A DNA stretch of 64,000 nt, taken from contig NW_024704758.1 in NCBI RefSeq assembly GCF_018977255.1, positions 5,704,001 through 5,768,000 on the forward strand. The letters run 5' to 3'. Each line of letters begins with the position of its first letter. Position 1 is the first letter of the stretch. A program made the translations under genes and the position numbers. Shown here piece after piece: positions 30,101-43,142 of the stretch. The stretch comes from Callorhinchus milii. Its lineage: Eukaryota. The notes under the pieces were generated by a model. It saw nothing but the letters and a program-made list of their open reading frames with translations, did no database searches and was not told the origin of the DNA.

Positions 30101-32868
30101 ACTGATCCGAGGAGGAACTAAAAGGGAATTCAAACAAAATGGAATAAGACATTTCAAGTTTCTCCCATGCAATATTGGGTTCTAATTTGCAGTATTCACA
30201 GTAGTAAGACACCATTTGGTTATTGGAAGGAGTTCATATTCACTCAGTTTCCTTCTTAAGGAACCCTGTTGGAAATCAACTTATGTTCGGCCTCCATATG
30301 CCTTTATGTGGGAGTCCGGTTGTTTGTAGCAACAGATATTACACAACCGTTTCAATGTCAAATAACTGACTCTTACCTCCTTCTTTCTCGGTCCCTTCAG
30401 TTTGCTTCCTACAGCAACAGAAAAGTGCCAAATTAAGCAACACAATCAACGATATGACACTGATGCCTCCAACAATTTGTGGTAGTACAGTAGGTTCCTC
30501 CACAGTCAGCTTTGCCTCCAGTGCAATATTATCATTGAGTGTTCTGTGTGTCACGACACAGCTGTACTTATTACCATCATCATCCAGGTTTGGTTTGATC
30601 CTCAACTGGCTGGAAACTCTGAATGTTCCATCCCTGTTGGCAACTGTATACTCCGTGCTGAAATCTGATGAAATAATGTCGTTCTCACTGCCTCGCGATA
30701 CCTTGACCCAGCTGATCTGGTGATCATGAGGATAAAATCCAGTTGCTTCACATCGCAGAAAGCCCACTGAGCCATTGGTGATGAGGATTTTCTGTGGAGA
30801 CAAGCTGACCTTTGGCTGAGCTGTAGGGATTATAAAGGTTTTCTTGTAACTACATAAATCAGGCCATACATTTAAATCATAAGAGAGGTTTGGATGAAGA
30901 AGAACCTTTTGTTCATCCCTACAATAAAAACATCCTCCTACCCTCCAAGCACTTAATTTCTTAAATGGGTTGAGCTTCCTTGCCTTAACCATCTGCTGGG
31001 TAACCCAATTCAATTGTTAATGTGTGTAAAAAAAATCCTAGTGTCTGACCTCAAATTGCCCATTGCAACCCTGAAATTGTGCCCCTTTTTGCTTCTTCTT
31101 GTTGTTGTATCCCTGAACCTGTTGCCTTGTTCTCTATGAAAGCATTGCTCTCAATCCAATATAAAGTTGTATATATCTGAACAAAGTATTCCTGAAATGG
31201 GACCAGAACAAATATTGGGTTCTGTCATGTGTTTACAGAATAGCATTCCTCATTCTCACTGTTCGTTTTTTTCCCCAATCTTCTGCAACCCTAATACCCT
31301 GATTATTCCCACCGCTCTACCAATTCCAGCCCGCTTCATCCTCCTCCCTCTCACCTGCTCCGACCCACCATCAGCAGGCAATCCTTCAGATACCTTGCCC
31401 CTTCCTTCTGGAACTCTCTCCCGAAATTCCTCCGCCTCTCTCAAGTCCCGCCTGAATACCTACCTTTGTGACTGAGCTTTCAGCCATCTTGCCTCTCTCT
31501 GCTCCCCCTCCCGCCAAAACCTCACCCCACAGCTCAGGCTCCTGCTCAGTCTTTGTAAGGTTTCCTAACGTGAAAGTTTCTACATCAGTGTAAATTATTG
31601 TGCGTCTCAACAGGTGGTCGATCCAGACTCTCAGATGCTTCACAAGCACAATTCAATGTAATGCACATCTCAACAAAACAGCTATTAGGGACAAGATGCA
31701 TTTAAAAAAAAGTTACCTGACACTTGTAACAATGAGGTCTTTTCAGTTCTTTTGGATGTGCAAAATACGGTGCAGGTGTATTCTCCCTCCTCATCAAATT
31801 GCACGTTTGAAAGGAACAGCGCAGCGTTGCCAGTTCGCAGCTCGTGGACCCACGGTCTTGCTCCAGGTCGGCACGAGTGATTTGTCCTTCCATCAGAACT
31901 GCACACTAGCCTCATGTCGGTTCCATTCCTAAAGGACCACGTGACATTAACACCAGCATCGCAGCCGGACACCAAACAGGTCAGGAGCACATCTTCATTT
32001 GCCGAGGCTTCCAGCAGGCTTTCAAATATGGCAAGATCCAAGGAACCTTGGTACAAAGAACAATTAAGTTTGTTAGGATCTCCTTCAGTTTCCCCCTTTG
32101 GCAACTTCAACCCCATCCGTAGAGTATTTGTGTTTGCTGTTCTCGTATCCTATATATACTACCTCACATTCAGCAGGATTCAGTTTCAAAGACTTGATAA
32201 GGTGCTGTGTTCAAGGCGAGAACTATCAGAAATGTCCCTAAATCGCTTCCCGGGGGTAATAATCCCTTTCTTAAAAAATAATGCGGTCACACAATCAATC
32301 CACGACAGTTTGTGGGACAATGCTGTGCGCCATCGGCTTTCCGTGTTTCACCCCCAAAATCCACTTTACAATGTTTTCCGTGAAGCGCTTTGAGGCGTCT
32401 CAAAAGACGTGAGAGGGCGCGATATCAAATGCAAGATTGTTGGCACATTTTGTAGGACCTCCACAGCAATCACCTCCCGGAGCTCAGGAGATGGCAGTAC
32501 CGCACTTACAAACAGTGCAACAAGCTTTTAGGGTGAGAACCAATGGTGACAAGAAGCCCAATGTAACACTACTATTAACATTAATATTATTAATATTATT
32601 ATCATTATTATTATCATTGGAGCATCAGAAAATCCCCTGAAACACAGCCGCCCCCCACCCACGATCACTGCCGGGAGTCTGAGCGTGTGATTTCGCACAA
32701 TAGCGAAAGGCGGATTTTTTCCCCGAGCTGAGGGTTACGGTGCAGACAGAGGGCGGAGACCACCGACCGCCCTCCGGGGACGCGCTTTGCCGTACCTGCC
32801 GGTGAGACCAGACACCCCAGCAACAGGCTCAGGGCTGCGGGCGGCCACAGCACACGCAGCCCCTCCAT
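27121..32868 (-). CDS. NCR3LG1: Gene B: complete B7-H6/NCR3LG1-like receptor, signal-IgV-IgC1/TM plus 3 post-TM Ig-C1-like domains, 717 aa predicted (multi-exon span)
   Basis: Exons of 73+330+444+432+432+429+14 = 2154 nt join in frame from ATG to TAA using canonical splice sites. Confidence 0.75.
27808..28236 (-). CDS. B post-TM Ig-like exon 3
   Basis: 429 nt, phase 1-1, paralogue of 3545-3973. Confidence 0.87.
28537..28968 (-). CDS. B post-TM Ig-like exon 2
   Basis: 432 nt, phase 1-1, paralogue of 4273-4704. Confidence 0.87.
29686..30117 (-). CDS. B post-TM Ig-like exon 1
   Basis: 432 nt, phase 1-1; VPPRISEL..MNWEVSGFTP..GSFSVKC..DDGAEVTLEVNH. Confidence 0.87.
30377..30820 (-). CDS. B IgC1 + transmembrane exon
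   Basis: 444 nt; LRCEATGFYP..ISW..TFRVSSQL..YSCVVTH, then TM IVGGISVISLIVLLNLALF followed by CCCRK. Confidence 0.92.
31270..31495 (+). mobile_element. L2 3' fragment
   Basis: Pyrimidine-rich L2 ORF2 end (..WNSLP..KSRLNTYL-like). Confidence 0.6.
31717..32046 (-). CDS. B IgV exon (extra cysteines)
   Basis: 330 nt, phase 1-1; LLTCLVSGC..VTW..GNAALFL..EEGEYTCTVFC. Confidence 0.9.
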
Positions 32869-33150
32869 CCCTCTCGCCTTGTCCGGGCTTCTGCCGACAC
32901 CACAGATCGCCTCCGTCCCGGAAATCTCTGAGCATTTGCTTTCGCTTTCGCTCAAAGCGAAAGGATCGCTTTCTTTCCGGGTCCCGGGATCGCCGCCCCA
33001 CAGAGGGGCACAGTCTGGGACGTTGGCTCTCTGGAGAGGTTCCTTGTGCTGATGGATGAATGGGCGCAGGTGGTCCCCATCCAACAAGCGGATGGAGACA
33101 CCCTGCCCGTCTCCTGCCCGGTTTCGGAGTGGCCGCACTTCCAACAATAT
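32640..33150. promoter_or_regulatory. CpG island / probable gene B promoter
   Basis: CpG-rich, surrounds the signal-peptide exon. Confidence 0.6.
32796..32868 (-). CDS. B signal-peptide exon (MEGLRVLWPPAALSLLLGCLVSPA)
   Basis: Hydrophobic leader, phase-1 donor G|gtacgg, inside a CpG-rich region. Confidence 0.85.
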
Positions 33151-35199
33151 GGCTAATGCGCGTCCACTTTGGAGCACCTCAAGCCTTGTCTAACGCTGAG
33201 GGTGGTCCGAGCTGGACAAGCAGCGGGAAAGCTTGGCCAGACCGCAATATCGATGGCAAGCTGTGCAGGATTTAGCTGGTTAGACCCCAGCGGTTACCCC
33301 CAACGCACACTCTGGGGGCCCCAAGCCTTGGCTCTTGCCAACCTGCGTCTCATACTTCCCGCAATGAGGGACCATGATGCGACCATCCAGGGAGAGAGTG
33401 CGTGTGCCATTCCAACAATCCCTCTCTGGGATTTCCACGTGTAGGTGGGAATGCGTGGAAATTTTGGCTTGGTTCGGTTACTCTTAACCATGGTGATGGA
33501 TTTCCACATGTGTCGGTCAAAATGTCCCAATGAGCTTCACAGGATTTTACCGTAAAGTGTAGTGACTGTGTATTTCCTGCCACAGAATTCTCTGAAACTG
33601 GAACTGAAGAACTCTCAGGCACCACCACCACAACAACAACTTGCATTAAAATCGCACCCTTTTCCTGCAGGATAGTGTCTCGGAGCACTGCACAGTGGGG
33701 AGTTGGACGCTGAGCAAGGAGGCAGCAAAGGTGACCATAAGTCTTCAGGTGGGATTTAAAGATTAAGCAGAGGGTGGGTGGTGGCTGTGGGGGAGTGATT
33801 CGACGCACAGGGGTCCAGAGATTAGGGCCACAAACTGAACATGTATGAATGCATTCAACAGCCACAATGTGCAGCATTCTGATGTTCTTTCCATTGTGAG
33901 TTACACTCAAGCCTTTAAACTCACAGTCAAGGTTGACACTCCAATGCAATGCAGGGGTTGCCATCTCTCTTGTGATGAGATGTTAAGATAAATACAGAAT
34001 AAATACATCCTGTCTGCCTGTTCTGGTGAACATTAAAGATCCCTTGGCATGACTCGAAAAGAGAAGGGAGTGTCTGTCTCGCTGTGTTCTGGCCAACAAA
34101 CAATCAGATGAAATTGGCCATTCACACCATGGCTGTTTGCTGGACATTGCTGTGCGCTGTTGAATTAAATTGTCACAGTATCTTAATTATATTTATTCTG
34201 TATTATTTTAAATGAAATTATTGACTCATAAGTCTTTTTATGTTTTCTGAAAGCAAGCTCATGGAAACGTTTAAGAAATCTTTACACAGTACAGCAATGT
34301 GCGTGATACAGAGTTATTTTAATGTTGGGGAACAGCATAACTTCTATTTCTTTATTCTTTTTGTGTGTATTCTTGTATTTTTGTCTTCTATCTTCCTCAC
34401 AAGACTGTTCAGAAGACAAGCAGTTACAAAAGTTACATTTATTCCCACTTGCTTGCTTAGCCGTTTCTTCAATTCACAAGCTGCAACACCACCGGTTGGT
34501 TTATAACACAATAATTATCATTAGAACATTCCTTCTCCCGTGACTACATGTTGATCACATTGGTAAACAAGGGACTTAGATAAGGAAGCACAGCTTGCAC
34601 AAGTAAACCAGTGACATGAGATTAGGAGGCTCCAATTTCTCCAATTATGACACAAGACCATTTCTGCACTTGTGACCCAAGGCCATCCCATTAACACATA
34701 CATCAACGCTGTTTCTTTGTTCCACTTCTCACCCAAGACATGGATCATCTTGTAGTGCATCCCTTCTCCTCTTTAACGTAACCAATGAACCAAGGAAAGG
34801 ATAACTTATATCCATCAGGTCCAAACCGAGAAATGTCACAAAATTATCAATACAACCTCACTTCAAAGTATAGCAGTTTGTAGGATCACTTGCGAGACAA
34901 TAACCACGCCTGAAATGGTTTCAAAAAATTATAGACTTTATTAATCAACAATAATAGTGAATCCAGTTAAACTGCCAATAAAAGCACAGTCAGATACAGC
35001 AATGTTGACTTTATAAGAGACCATAATATAGTAGCAACTCATTCAGAGATCATGCTGGTGATCAGTTACCTTCTCTGGAAGAGGAATGACTTGTCTTAGC
35101 CAACTGCTTCTTCAGGCACCTCGTACTGAACTTTGACTAAACTTCCATTTTTACATCCCAATTATTATTATTAAATCCTACTTTTAGATACAGCAGAAC

Positions 35200-35523
35200 A
35201 AATAATAATATAGTAATAATCCTTGCATTTGATATAGCGCTTTTCACGTCGGGAGGACGTCCCAAAGCGCTTCACAGAACACACTGTAAAGTGAATTGAC
35301 TGTATATTAGTGGGCGAACGCAGCAGCCAATTGCGCACAGCAATGTCCCACAAACAGTCGTAGATTGAAAATGACCAATTTAATTATTGTTTTTGTTTTT
35401 TGGAGGGATTATTATTAGGCGTGTGGAGTAAGGAAACTTGCCCAAGGTTTCGCCCTCTGCCTGGAATTGAACTCAGGTCCTTCGCTTGCAACGCGAGTAC
35501 TCTAACCACTGAGCTACAGGACT
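35200..35523 (-). mobile_element. Full-length tRNA-derived SINE with L2-type tail
   Basis: Head AGTCCTGTAGCTCAGTGGTTAGAG (A box) ... GAGTTCAATTCC (B box), central domain, tail ...GCGCTATATCAAATGCAAGGATTATT. Confidence 0.85.
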
Positions 35524-37102
35524 CCAAAGGTTAAGAAACTTCCATTATATGCAAAATGCATAATAAAACAGTATAATAGTTGACTTAATTGCTCTATAAT
35601 GTTAAAGTGATTACAAATATATGTTTCATTCTGGCGAAGCTTAGCAATGCTATATAATACATATATATGGCAAGAACAACACAACCATGATGTTTCAGCA
35701 CAAATTTGCTGTCAAGTCAAAATACTCAGTGACTATACTTTAAAGGATAATGATAAGCCTTCCATTTGATACAGCTTTTTTCATGTCTTCTAGAAGTGTA
35801 AAATGAAGCGCGAGGCGCGATGTGACAAATGCAAGAATAGGATTTCAGCTGTAAAATTGGGTTTGAGGTACGGTCAGAGATGGGCAATGTGGAAGGTAGA
35901 GAAAGGCGATCCTGGTCAGTGACTGGCAGCTAAGGATTGAACCTGATGTCTAGGTTACACATTGGTTCAGTAAGGCTGAAGGATAGGCAGGGGAGCTTAA
36001 GAAGATTGGAGTTGCATGTGACAAGATGTTAACCAGAGTTAAAGACTTTGGCTTCTGTCTTGTCAACATTCAGCTGCAGAAAGTTGACTCTCCTCCATCC
36101 CTTGACAAGCAAGTGGACAGAACATCGGTGGACCTGGAGTTGCAGCTGGAGGAGGAGAAACAGTCAACCACATATACATGCAACTTGACCAATTTCTGCG
36201 GAGCATAAACAAAGAAAAGTAGATGACCAAGGATGGAACCTTGGATATGCCACAGGAGAACCGGGGACAGGGGAGAGGAAAATGGGATGGCATGATCAAA
36301 ACAGAACATAGAAAAAAACAACTATTATGGTGGCTGGGCACATCTCATTTGTGACAGTCACTCGATCAAAAAATTATCACTTTCCAATAGCCGATGAGTC
36401 AAAATACAACCTGAAGCACACAGACAAGGAGGTCACACTTCCTGCTCAGGGCTAAGTCCACTGATCGCAGCCAGGGCAGCAGTTGGGTGCTCCAATTGGT
36501 CTTGTTGTCCTGGGATAGTGAGAAGGGCTGAATTACCTTCTCTTCCAGGTCAGAAGATCACAGCCTGGAATTGGCACCTTTCCCCACAGCGTCAGGGCTT
36601 GTGTTCAGCGTTGACGGGAAGCCACCTTCACGAAACCAGATCCATCCGTAACAACAACGACAACAACAACAAAATTACATTTATCGAGCGCCTTTCATGT
36701 CCCTGGCAGCACGACCCTGGACAGCACTGTACCCACGTCACATAACACAGTCTATGGCTTTACAGACTGTGACGTGTATGATGGTTTGGGATTCTTTCCA
36801 CTGACTGACTCGGGAGCAGGAATCTGAGAAACATGCAGCGAAGCACCATAGTGAAAAACAAAACTAGTTTGCGAGCGTTTAATAACAGACAGAAGCAAAG
36901 CACCGACACGTTAAGCCTTTGCTCTTAACAGAATTATCATTACACAGTGATTCTTTATACTTCTGCAAAACTGATACATTTCTCATCACTTTCCAATAAC
37001 TGCCAAAGCTGATCAATAGTCACATTGTGGTTGTCAGAATCGAAAGCCATGACGATGACTGTGGCTGTTACACACGGGGAGAGACTGGCAATCGCACTGT
37101 CT

Positions 37103-37149
37103 TCACAAACCATCCATCTGGCGGCTGGAAGATTGAACATTTCCACCTC
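37103..37149 (-). CDS. A2 terminal coding exon (GGGNVQSSSRQMDGL-stop)
   Basis: Acceptor tttcctttggtttag, phase 1, TGA; flanks homologous to 2150-2950. Confidence 0.65.
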
Positions 37150-40100
37150 CTAAACCAAAGGAAATTTCAATAGATTAATCACAAAAACAGCACATTTCAG
37201 TCCAACAAACACCTCATCATAACTTGTAAGTATTAAAAAAAAAGTTTGCTTCATTTAACAAAGTGACTGTGGAGAACTGGAAGACAGCAAGTAGGATAGG
37301 TAGTTACGTGGACAAGGATTGTAGCTCTGAGCAGATGGTGAGGCCTCTTCATTTGACTCCCACTGTGTTGTGTTTGGCGAGATGCTGATTCACCTGTGGA
37401 GACAAATTTCAGAGAAAGTTATTGCTCAGAAAGGGTTATTATTGGGACAAACATATTTATATACTTAACATCCATGAAGTGAATTATACCCATGGTGCTG
37501 ATCGGGAGGTGAGCTTTGTTTATATTCTTTATTAATTACCAGGGTTTCTCATGTCTCAGTCCAGACAGTTCATACACACAGGGCCCCAGAGACCAAATGG
37601 AGCAGCACAGCTACTGCCCCCAGGTCAGCTCAGATCATCTCAGACCAGAACTCGAACCTAAGATCTTCTGACCTGAGAAGCTCAACACTGTTCTGAGCAG
37701 TGACTTCAGCTGCTGGGCCATCGGGGAGCAAATCATTACAATATCCTAAACATTGTCACAGAGCACGAGAGACAGAGAGGACACCTACCTCCCGTAACGT
37801 GTAATTTTAACTTCTCAATGAGAGGTTCACAAACACCAAGAGCCTCGTGCTGAACCTGAACAGTTAATTCAGCTTCATTATGCCTGGACACGTCAGGAGT
37901 CACGGTGATGCTGCACTTTACTCTGAAGGTTCCGTCTTTGTCTTTTTCACATTTGGGCACCTGAGCAGCGAACGAGGCATCTTTATTGCGTCCATCTGAT
38001 AGGTGTTTGAGAGAAAAGGCACTTCCCTTCCCTTCAAATGTTTTCTTATCTTGAGCTTCCCAATGAAACAGTTGCCTAATTTGCTCTCCATTCCTCTGTA
38101 GACTGGAAATAATCGACATTTTCCCAGGAGTGAACCCAGTCACTGCCCATTGCAGCTCGGTTTTCTCACCGTGTTTAATTTCCTTGGGCTTGGACTCAAT
38201 TGTAGTAATTTTAGGAGGAACTACAAAACAAAATGACAAACCTGATGTAAACATTCTAGTCTTTTTCTGCGTGAGACACAAACCAAATACACGGAAACAA
38301 GTGAAAAGCCTGGACATCGTGACAAGAGAAAGGAAGAGAAAAAGTGGGAAAGAGGGACAAAGAGAGACAGGAAGAGAGGGAGAGATCTTCACACAGAGGG
38401 AGAGACATAGACAATGGGAGACACTCCCTTTTCTTTTCGATGGTGCTGTGGGATTTTTAACATTTAGCTAAACAGTTAGGCGGGACTGTGGTTCAACAAC
38501 TGAACCAAAAGATGGCACCTCCAGCATTGCAGGGCTCCCCCAGGACACACTGCAGTGCTATCCTTGGAAAGAGTTTAACTGAAAGTTGTGTGTGAGAAAA
38601 CTGACTTTCAGGAGACAAGAGCTAATTTCCCTCACAAGCCTTTGTCCATTCCCCAACCGTAAAAAGCTGACATATCTCACAGATACTGTTTCCTTGCTTA
38701 TAATGCCTATAAGCAATGTGAGTGACCTTAAAGCATGGTTGTTTGTAACTCTCACATTGCTTCACACACAATTTATAATCTAAGTCTTCAGCAAAGCTTC
38801 AGAAACAGCTTCACACTATTAGAGAGAACAGCAGACAATGCTGCCGGCTGATGCTGAGCGGGACCATGACCACAGAGTCTCATCATTTCTCCATCAACCT
38901 ACAACAGAGCTACACCCAAACACAACTACAACCTCATCCTGTAAAATGTACACACTGTAATATTGTTACTCAGAGTACTTATATCCTCTGCACAGTGTGT
39001 TGACAGTATTGAGGCTGTTCCTTCCCAGCTGCAAAGTGCTACCACTGCTCCAGGCTGACATACAAATGGAGCAGCACAGCCACTGCCCCAGGTCAGCTCA
39101 GATCAACTCCCTGCCAACCGCACTCAAACCTTAGAGCTTTTGGCCTGAGAGGCTCAACACTGTACTGAGCAGTGACCTCAGCTGCTGGGCCATCGGGGAG
39201 CAAATCGTTACAATATCCTGAACATTGTCACAGAGCACGAGGGACAGAGAGGACACCACACTGATAGCAGAACCTACCTGGAATAATGTGCAATATTACA
39301 CTCTTCACGATAGAGGCATCAAGAGCCTCATGATGAACTTCAACAGTTAATTCAGCTCCATCATGCAAGTTTATATCAGGAATCACATTGATGATGCAAT
39401 TTACTCTGAAACTCCCATCTCCAATAGGTTCACATTTTTGCTCCTCAGCAGTGAAGGAGACAACTTGATTGTCTCTATCCGATCGGTTCTGGAGAGGAAC
39501 ATTTCTTCCTTTAAACTCTTGAAATGTTTCCTTTTTTGGAATTTCCCAGTGAAACAGTCGCACTTTTTGCTGTTGCTCTTTCCTCCTTAGACTAAAAACG
39601 ATGGCCATTGCTCCAGGAGTGAAACGAGTCACTTGACATTGCAGTGTGTCTTTCACACCATGCATAATTGGCTTGGGTAGGAAGGGTCCATTAAGTTCAG
39701 GAGGAACTGTAAAACAGAAACATGATATAAACATTGCAGCATTGCACTGGAGCGTCAGCGGGACTTGAACCCAAAACCTTCTGACACAGAGACAAGAGCG
39801 GTACCAACTGCACCAGGCTGACACATAAACACAGCACCCAGTGGAACTGAAACAAAAATGAGTCCTGTGTCATTTACATTCTGTTATATTGTTACTCTGA
39901 GTCTTTCGCCCACAAACATGTACAGTCAATTCACTTTACAGTACATTCTGTGAAGCGCTTTGAGACAATAATAATCCTTGCATTTGATATAGCGCCTTAT
40001 CATGTCTTTGAGAGGTCTCAATGCCCTTCACAGAATATGCTGCAAAGCAAATCGACTCTACTTTTTGTTGACAAAAATCGGCAGCTAATTGCGCACAGCA

Positions 40101-43100
40101 GTGACCCACAACAGTCGTGGATTGAGTGACCAAATTATTATTGGGTTTTTTTCAGAAAGTATTATCCCCAGAAAAGCGATCCGCCAATCGACTAACAAAT
40201 AGGTTCCTGCTTACTGCAAGGTAAACAGAGGCTTGTGGAGTAAGGAAACTTGCCCAACATTTCAGCCAGGTCTCTCGCTTGAGTGGCAAGCGAACTAACC
40301 ACTGAGCTACAGCACTTGGAGATGTCTCAACGATGTGATAAGGCGCCATATCAAAACGCAAGGATTATTATTATTATTTATATCCTCTGCACGGTGTGCA
40401 TAAAGGCTGTTACTTTCCAGCTGCAAAGATCTGATCTGCCCGATATCGTGAAGGTGAGAGATGTCCACAGTGCTGATCAGGAGATGAGCTTTGCTCATTT
40501 CATCTATTAATTACCATGTCTCAGCCCAGACAGTCAATGTGGGCAGACGATTCACACACGGAGACCAAATGGAGGAGCACAGCTACTGCCCCACCTCAGC
40601 TCAGTGCACCTGGGGGGAGGGGGAAGCGTTGGTGGGCGGGGTCTCCACTGAGATGAGCTGGCTACAAGATGCTAATAATCTTTATAATCCTTGCAACTGA
40701 TATAACACCTTAACATATCATCCAGACGTCTCACAGCGCTTCAAGGATTTTAAAGTGAAGTACATTGACTGTGTATTTGAAGGGAGAATGTGTCAGCCAA
40801 TTTGCACACAGCAGTGTTCCACAAACACCCATGAAGTAAGTGATGCATTTTATTTGGGAGATTGTTGGCCAGGACATGGGGACAAACTCCCTTCTCTTTT
40901 TGAACAGCTTGAGAACGGAATATTGGAATCCAGTCAATCCTCTGGAACAGTCTTGGAAGTTAAGTTCCCGATCCAAGTGGCTTCACAACAATCCAGAGCA
41001 CTGCTGATTATAAACCAGCAGCCTGGCTCGTCGACAGGCCTCAGACAGGAAGACCAGTGACTGGAATCAGGGATTCTACCCACTCAGATCTTGGTAATCC
41101 TGAAAGCCAAAGCCTTAACAAGTAGTGCAGTCCTACCTGGAAACAGCAAGCTATGTGCGTTTCCCTTGTTAAGCTCCAGCAGTATCCCAGTGCACACTCA
41201 GGGGTCCCCAAGCCGTGCGTCTTGCCAACCTGCACCAAATACTCTCTGGTATTAGGTAAGTAGGATGCATAACCACTGTGAGCGTTCCATTCTAAACACG
41301 GGGAAGTTTCCATGTGTAACTGGCATATATGAACTGTCTGGTTTGGATACCCTGAAGCACGGTGACGGGTTTTCTCAAATGCCAGACACCCGGCTGCCCA
41401 AAATAAACAGATCAGTGACCAGAGCTGCACATAGCCAGCGACTTTCTGACCGGAGAGGCTCAGGGCTTCACTGAATGGGGACCTCAGTCGCTGGATCATC
41501 GGGAAGGAAACTGTTACTTTATCCTAAATATTGTCACAGAGCACGTGGTACAGAGAGGACACAATACTGATGGCTGAACCTACCTCCAGCAATGTTTATT
41601 CTTAAATGCTCAGTGACAGGCTCAGGCAATGCCTCATGATTAACCTGAACAATTAAAACAGCTCCATCATCCGTGGCCGCATTAGGAGTCATAACGATTC
41701 TGTAATTTACTCTGAAGGTTCCATCTTTGGTGTCAGGTTCACATTTGGGCACCTCAGCAGTGAAGGCGGCATCTTTATTGTTTCTATCTGATCGGTCCTC
41801 AAGATGAAAGGATTTTGTTGAACTTCGAAATGCTTTCTTATTTGGAATTTCCCAGTGAAACAGTTGTCTTAGTGGCTGTTCTTTCCTCTGTAGACTGGAA
41901 ACAATCGATATCGTCCCAGGAGTGAACCCAGTCACTGCACATTGCAGCTCAGCTCTCTCACCATGTGTCATTTTCCTGGGTTTCGGAATTGTAATTTTAG
42001 GAGGAACTACAAAACAAAATGACAAACCCGATGTAAACATTCAAATCTATTTCTGTGTCAAACACAAACTGGAAACCAAATCCACAGAAACCAGTGAAAA
42101 GCCTGGACGTCATGGCAGAGGGCCCCAGGCTGGAGCTTTAGAATGATGTAGAATGACATTAAACTCCATCATAAGCGCACAGCCCGTCTGAGCCTCCAGT
42201 AACCTGCAAGAGCTGCTCCCAGACAGGGTGCACACTGTCCTTTCGACAAATAAATAATTTAAAGTTCTCCATTTTATCCCAACTGAATACAAGAGAAAGG
42301 AAGAGAGAAAGTGAGGGAAGAGGGACAGAGAGAGATGCAAAACACAGGGAGTGAAAGATAGAGGCCCAGTACAGACTGCAGTGGCATCCTATTGTAAGGA
42401 AAGAGTTTAACTGAAAGTTATGTGTGAGGAAAACGACTTTCAGGAGACATGAGCTAATTTATCTCACAGATAATGTTGATTTTCTTCACTCCCTGACCTC
42501 AAAAAGCTGACTTATCTTCAATGACCCTCCTCTTTGACCATGTTTTGAATCACCTTGCTTCTCCCGCCTGCCCTCCACCCTCCCCAATCCTGACCCCCAG
42601 CTCAGGTCCGAAACACTGACAGTCCAGCGCCTTGGGACATCCTCCCGACGTGAAAGGCGCTATGCAAATGTAATTTGGTTGTTGTTATCACACAGATACT
42701 GATTCTTGGTACATCTACTGCCTATGAGCAAGATCACGTGACCTTAAGGCATAGTTGTTTGTAACTTCTGCAATGTGCACTGAACCTGGGAACATGCTGT
42801 GATTTGGCACGTTTGGGGTTAAAGTTGACTCATTGCAGAAACATGCTGTGTATAAGTATGAGCTGCTAACACAAGAGTCACAGAGAGAGAGAGCGAGCGA
42901 TGAAGGAAAAGAAACTGAGAAGTAAGAGACTGCCTGAGCTCTCCCAGGGAAAGGGTAACTGATCACTGCTACTTCTCCTGAGTTAGTTACTACTTTATCA
43001 AGGAACTTAGATACTGTCCAGTATGTGTATAACCATTGACTTAAGAACTTCTGTTATAATTTTATCCCAATTGAATACAATAGAAAGGAAGAGAGAAAGT

Positions 43101-43102
43101 GG

Positions 43103-43142
<40 letters not shown>

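Noticed and set aside
35450-35523. tRNA gene
   Set aside because: It is the tRNA-derived head of a SINE, continuous with the SINE body and tail
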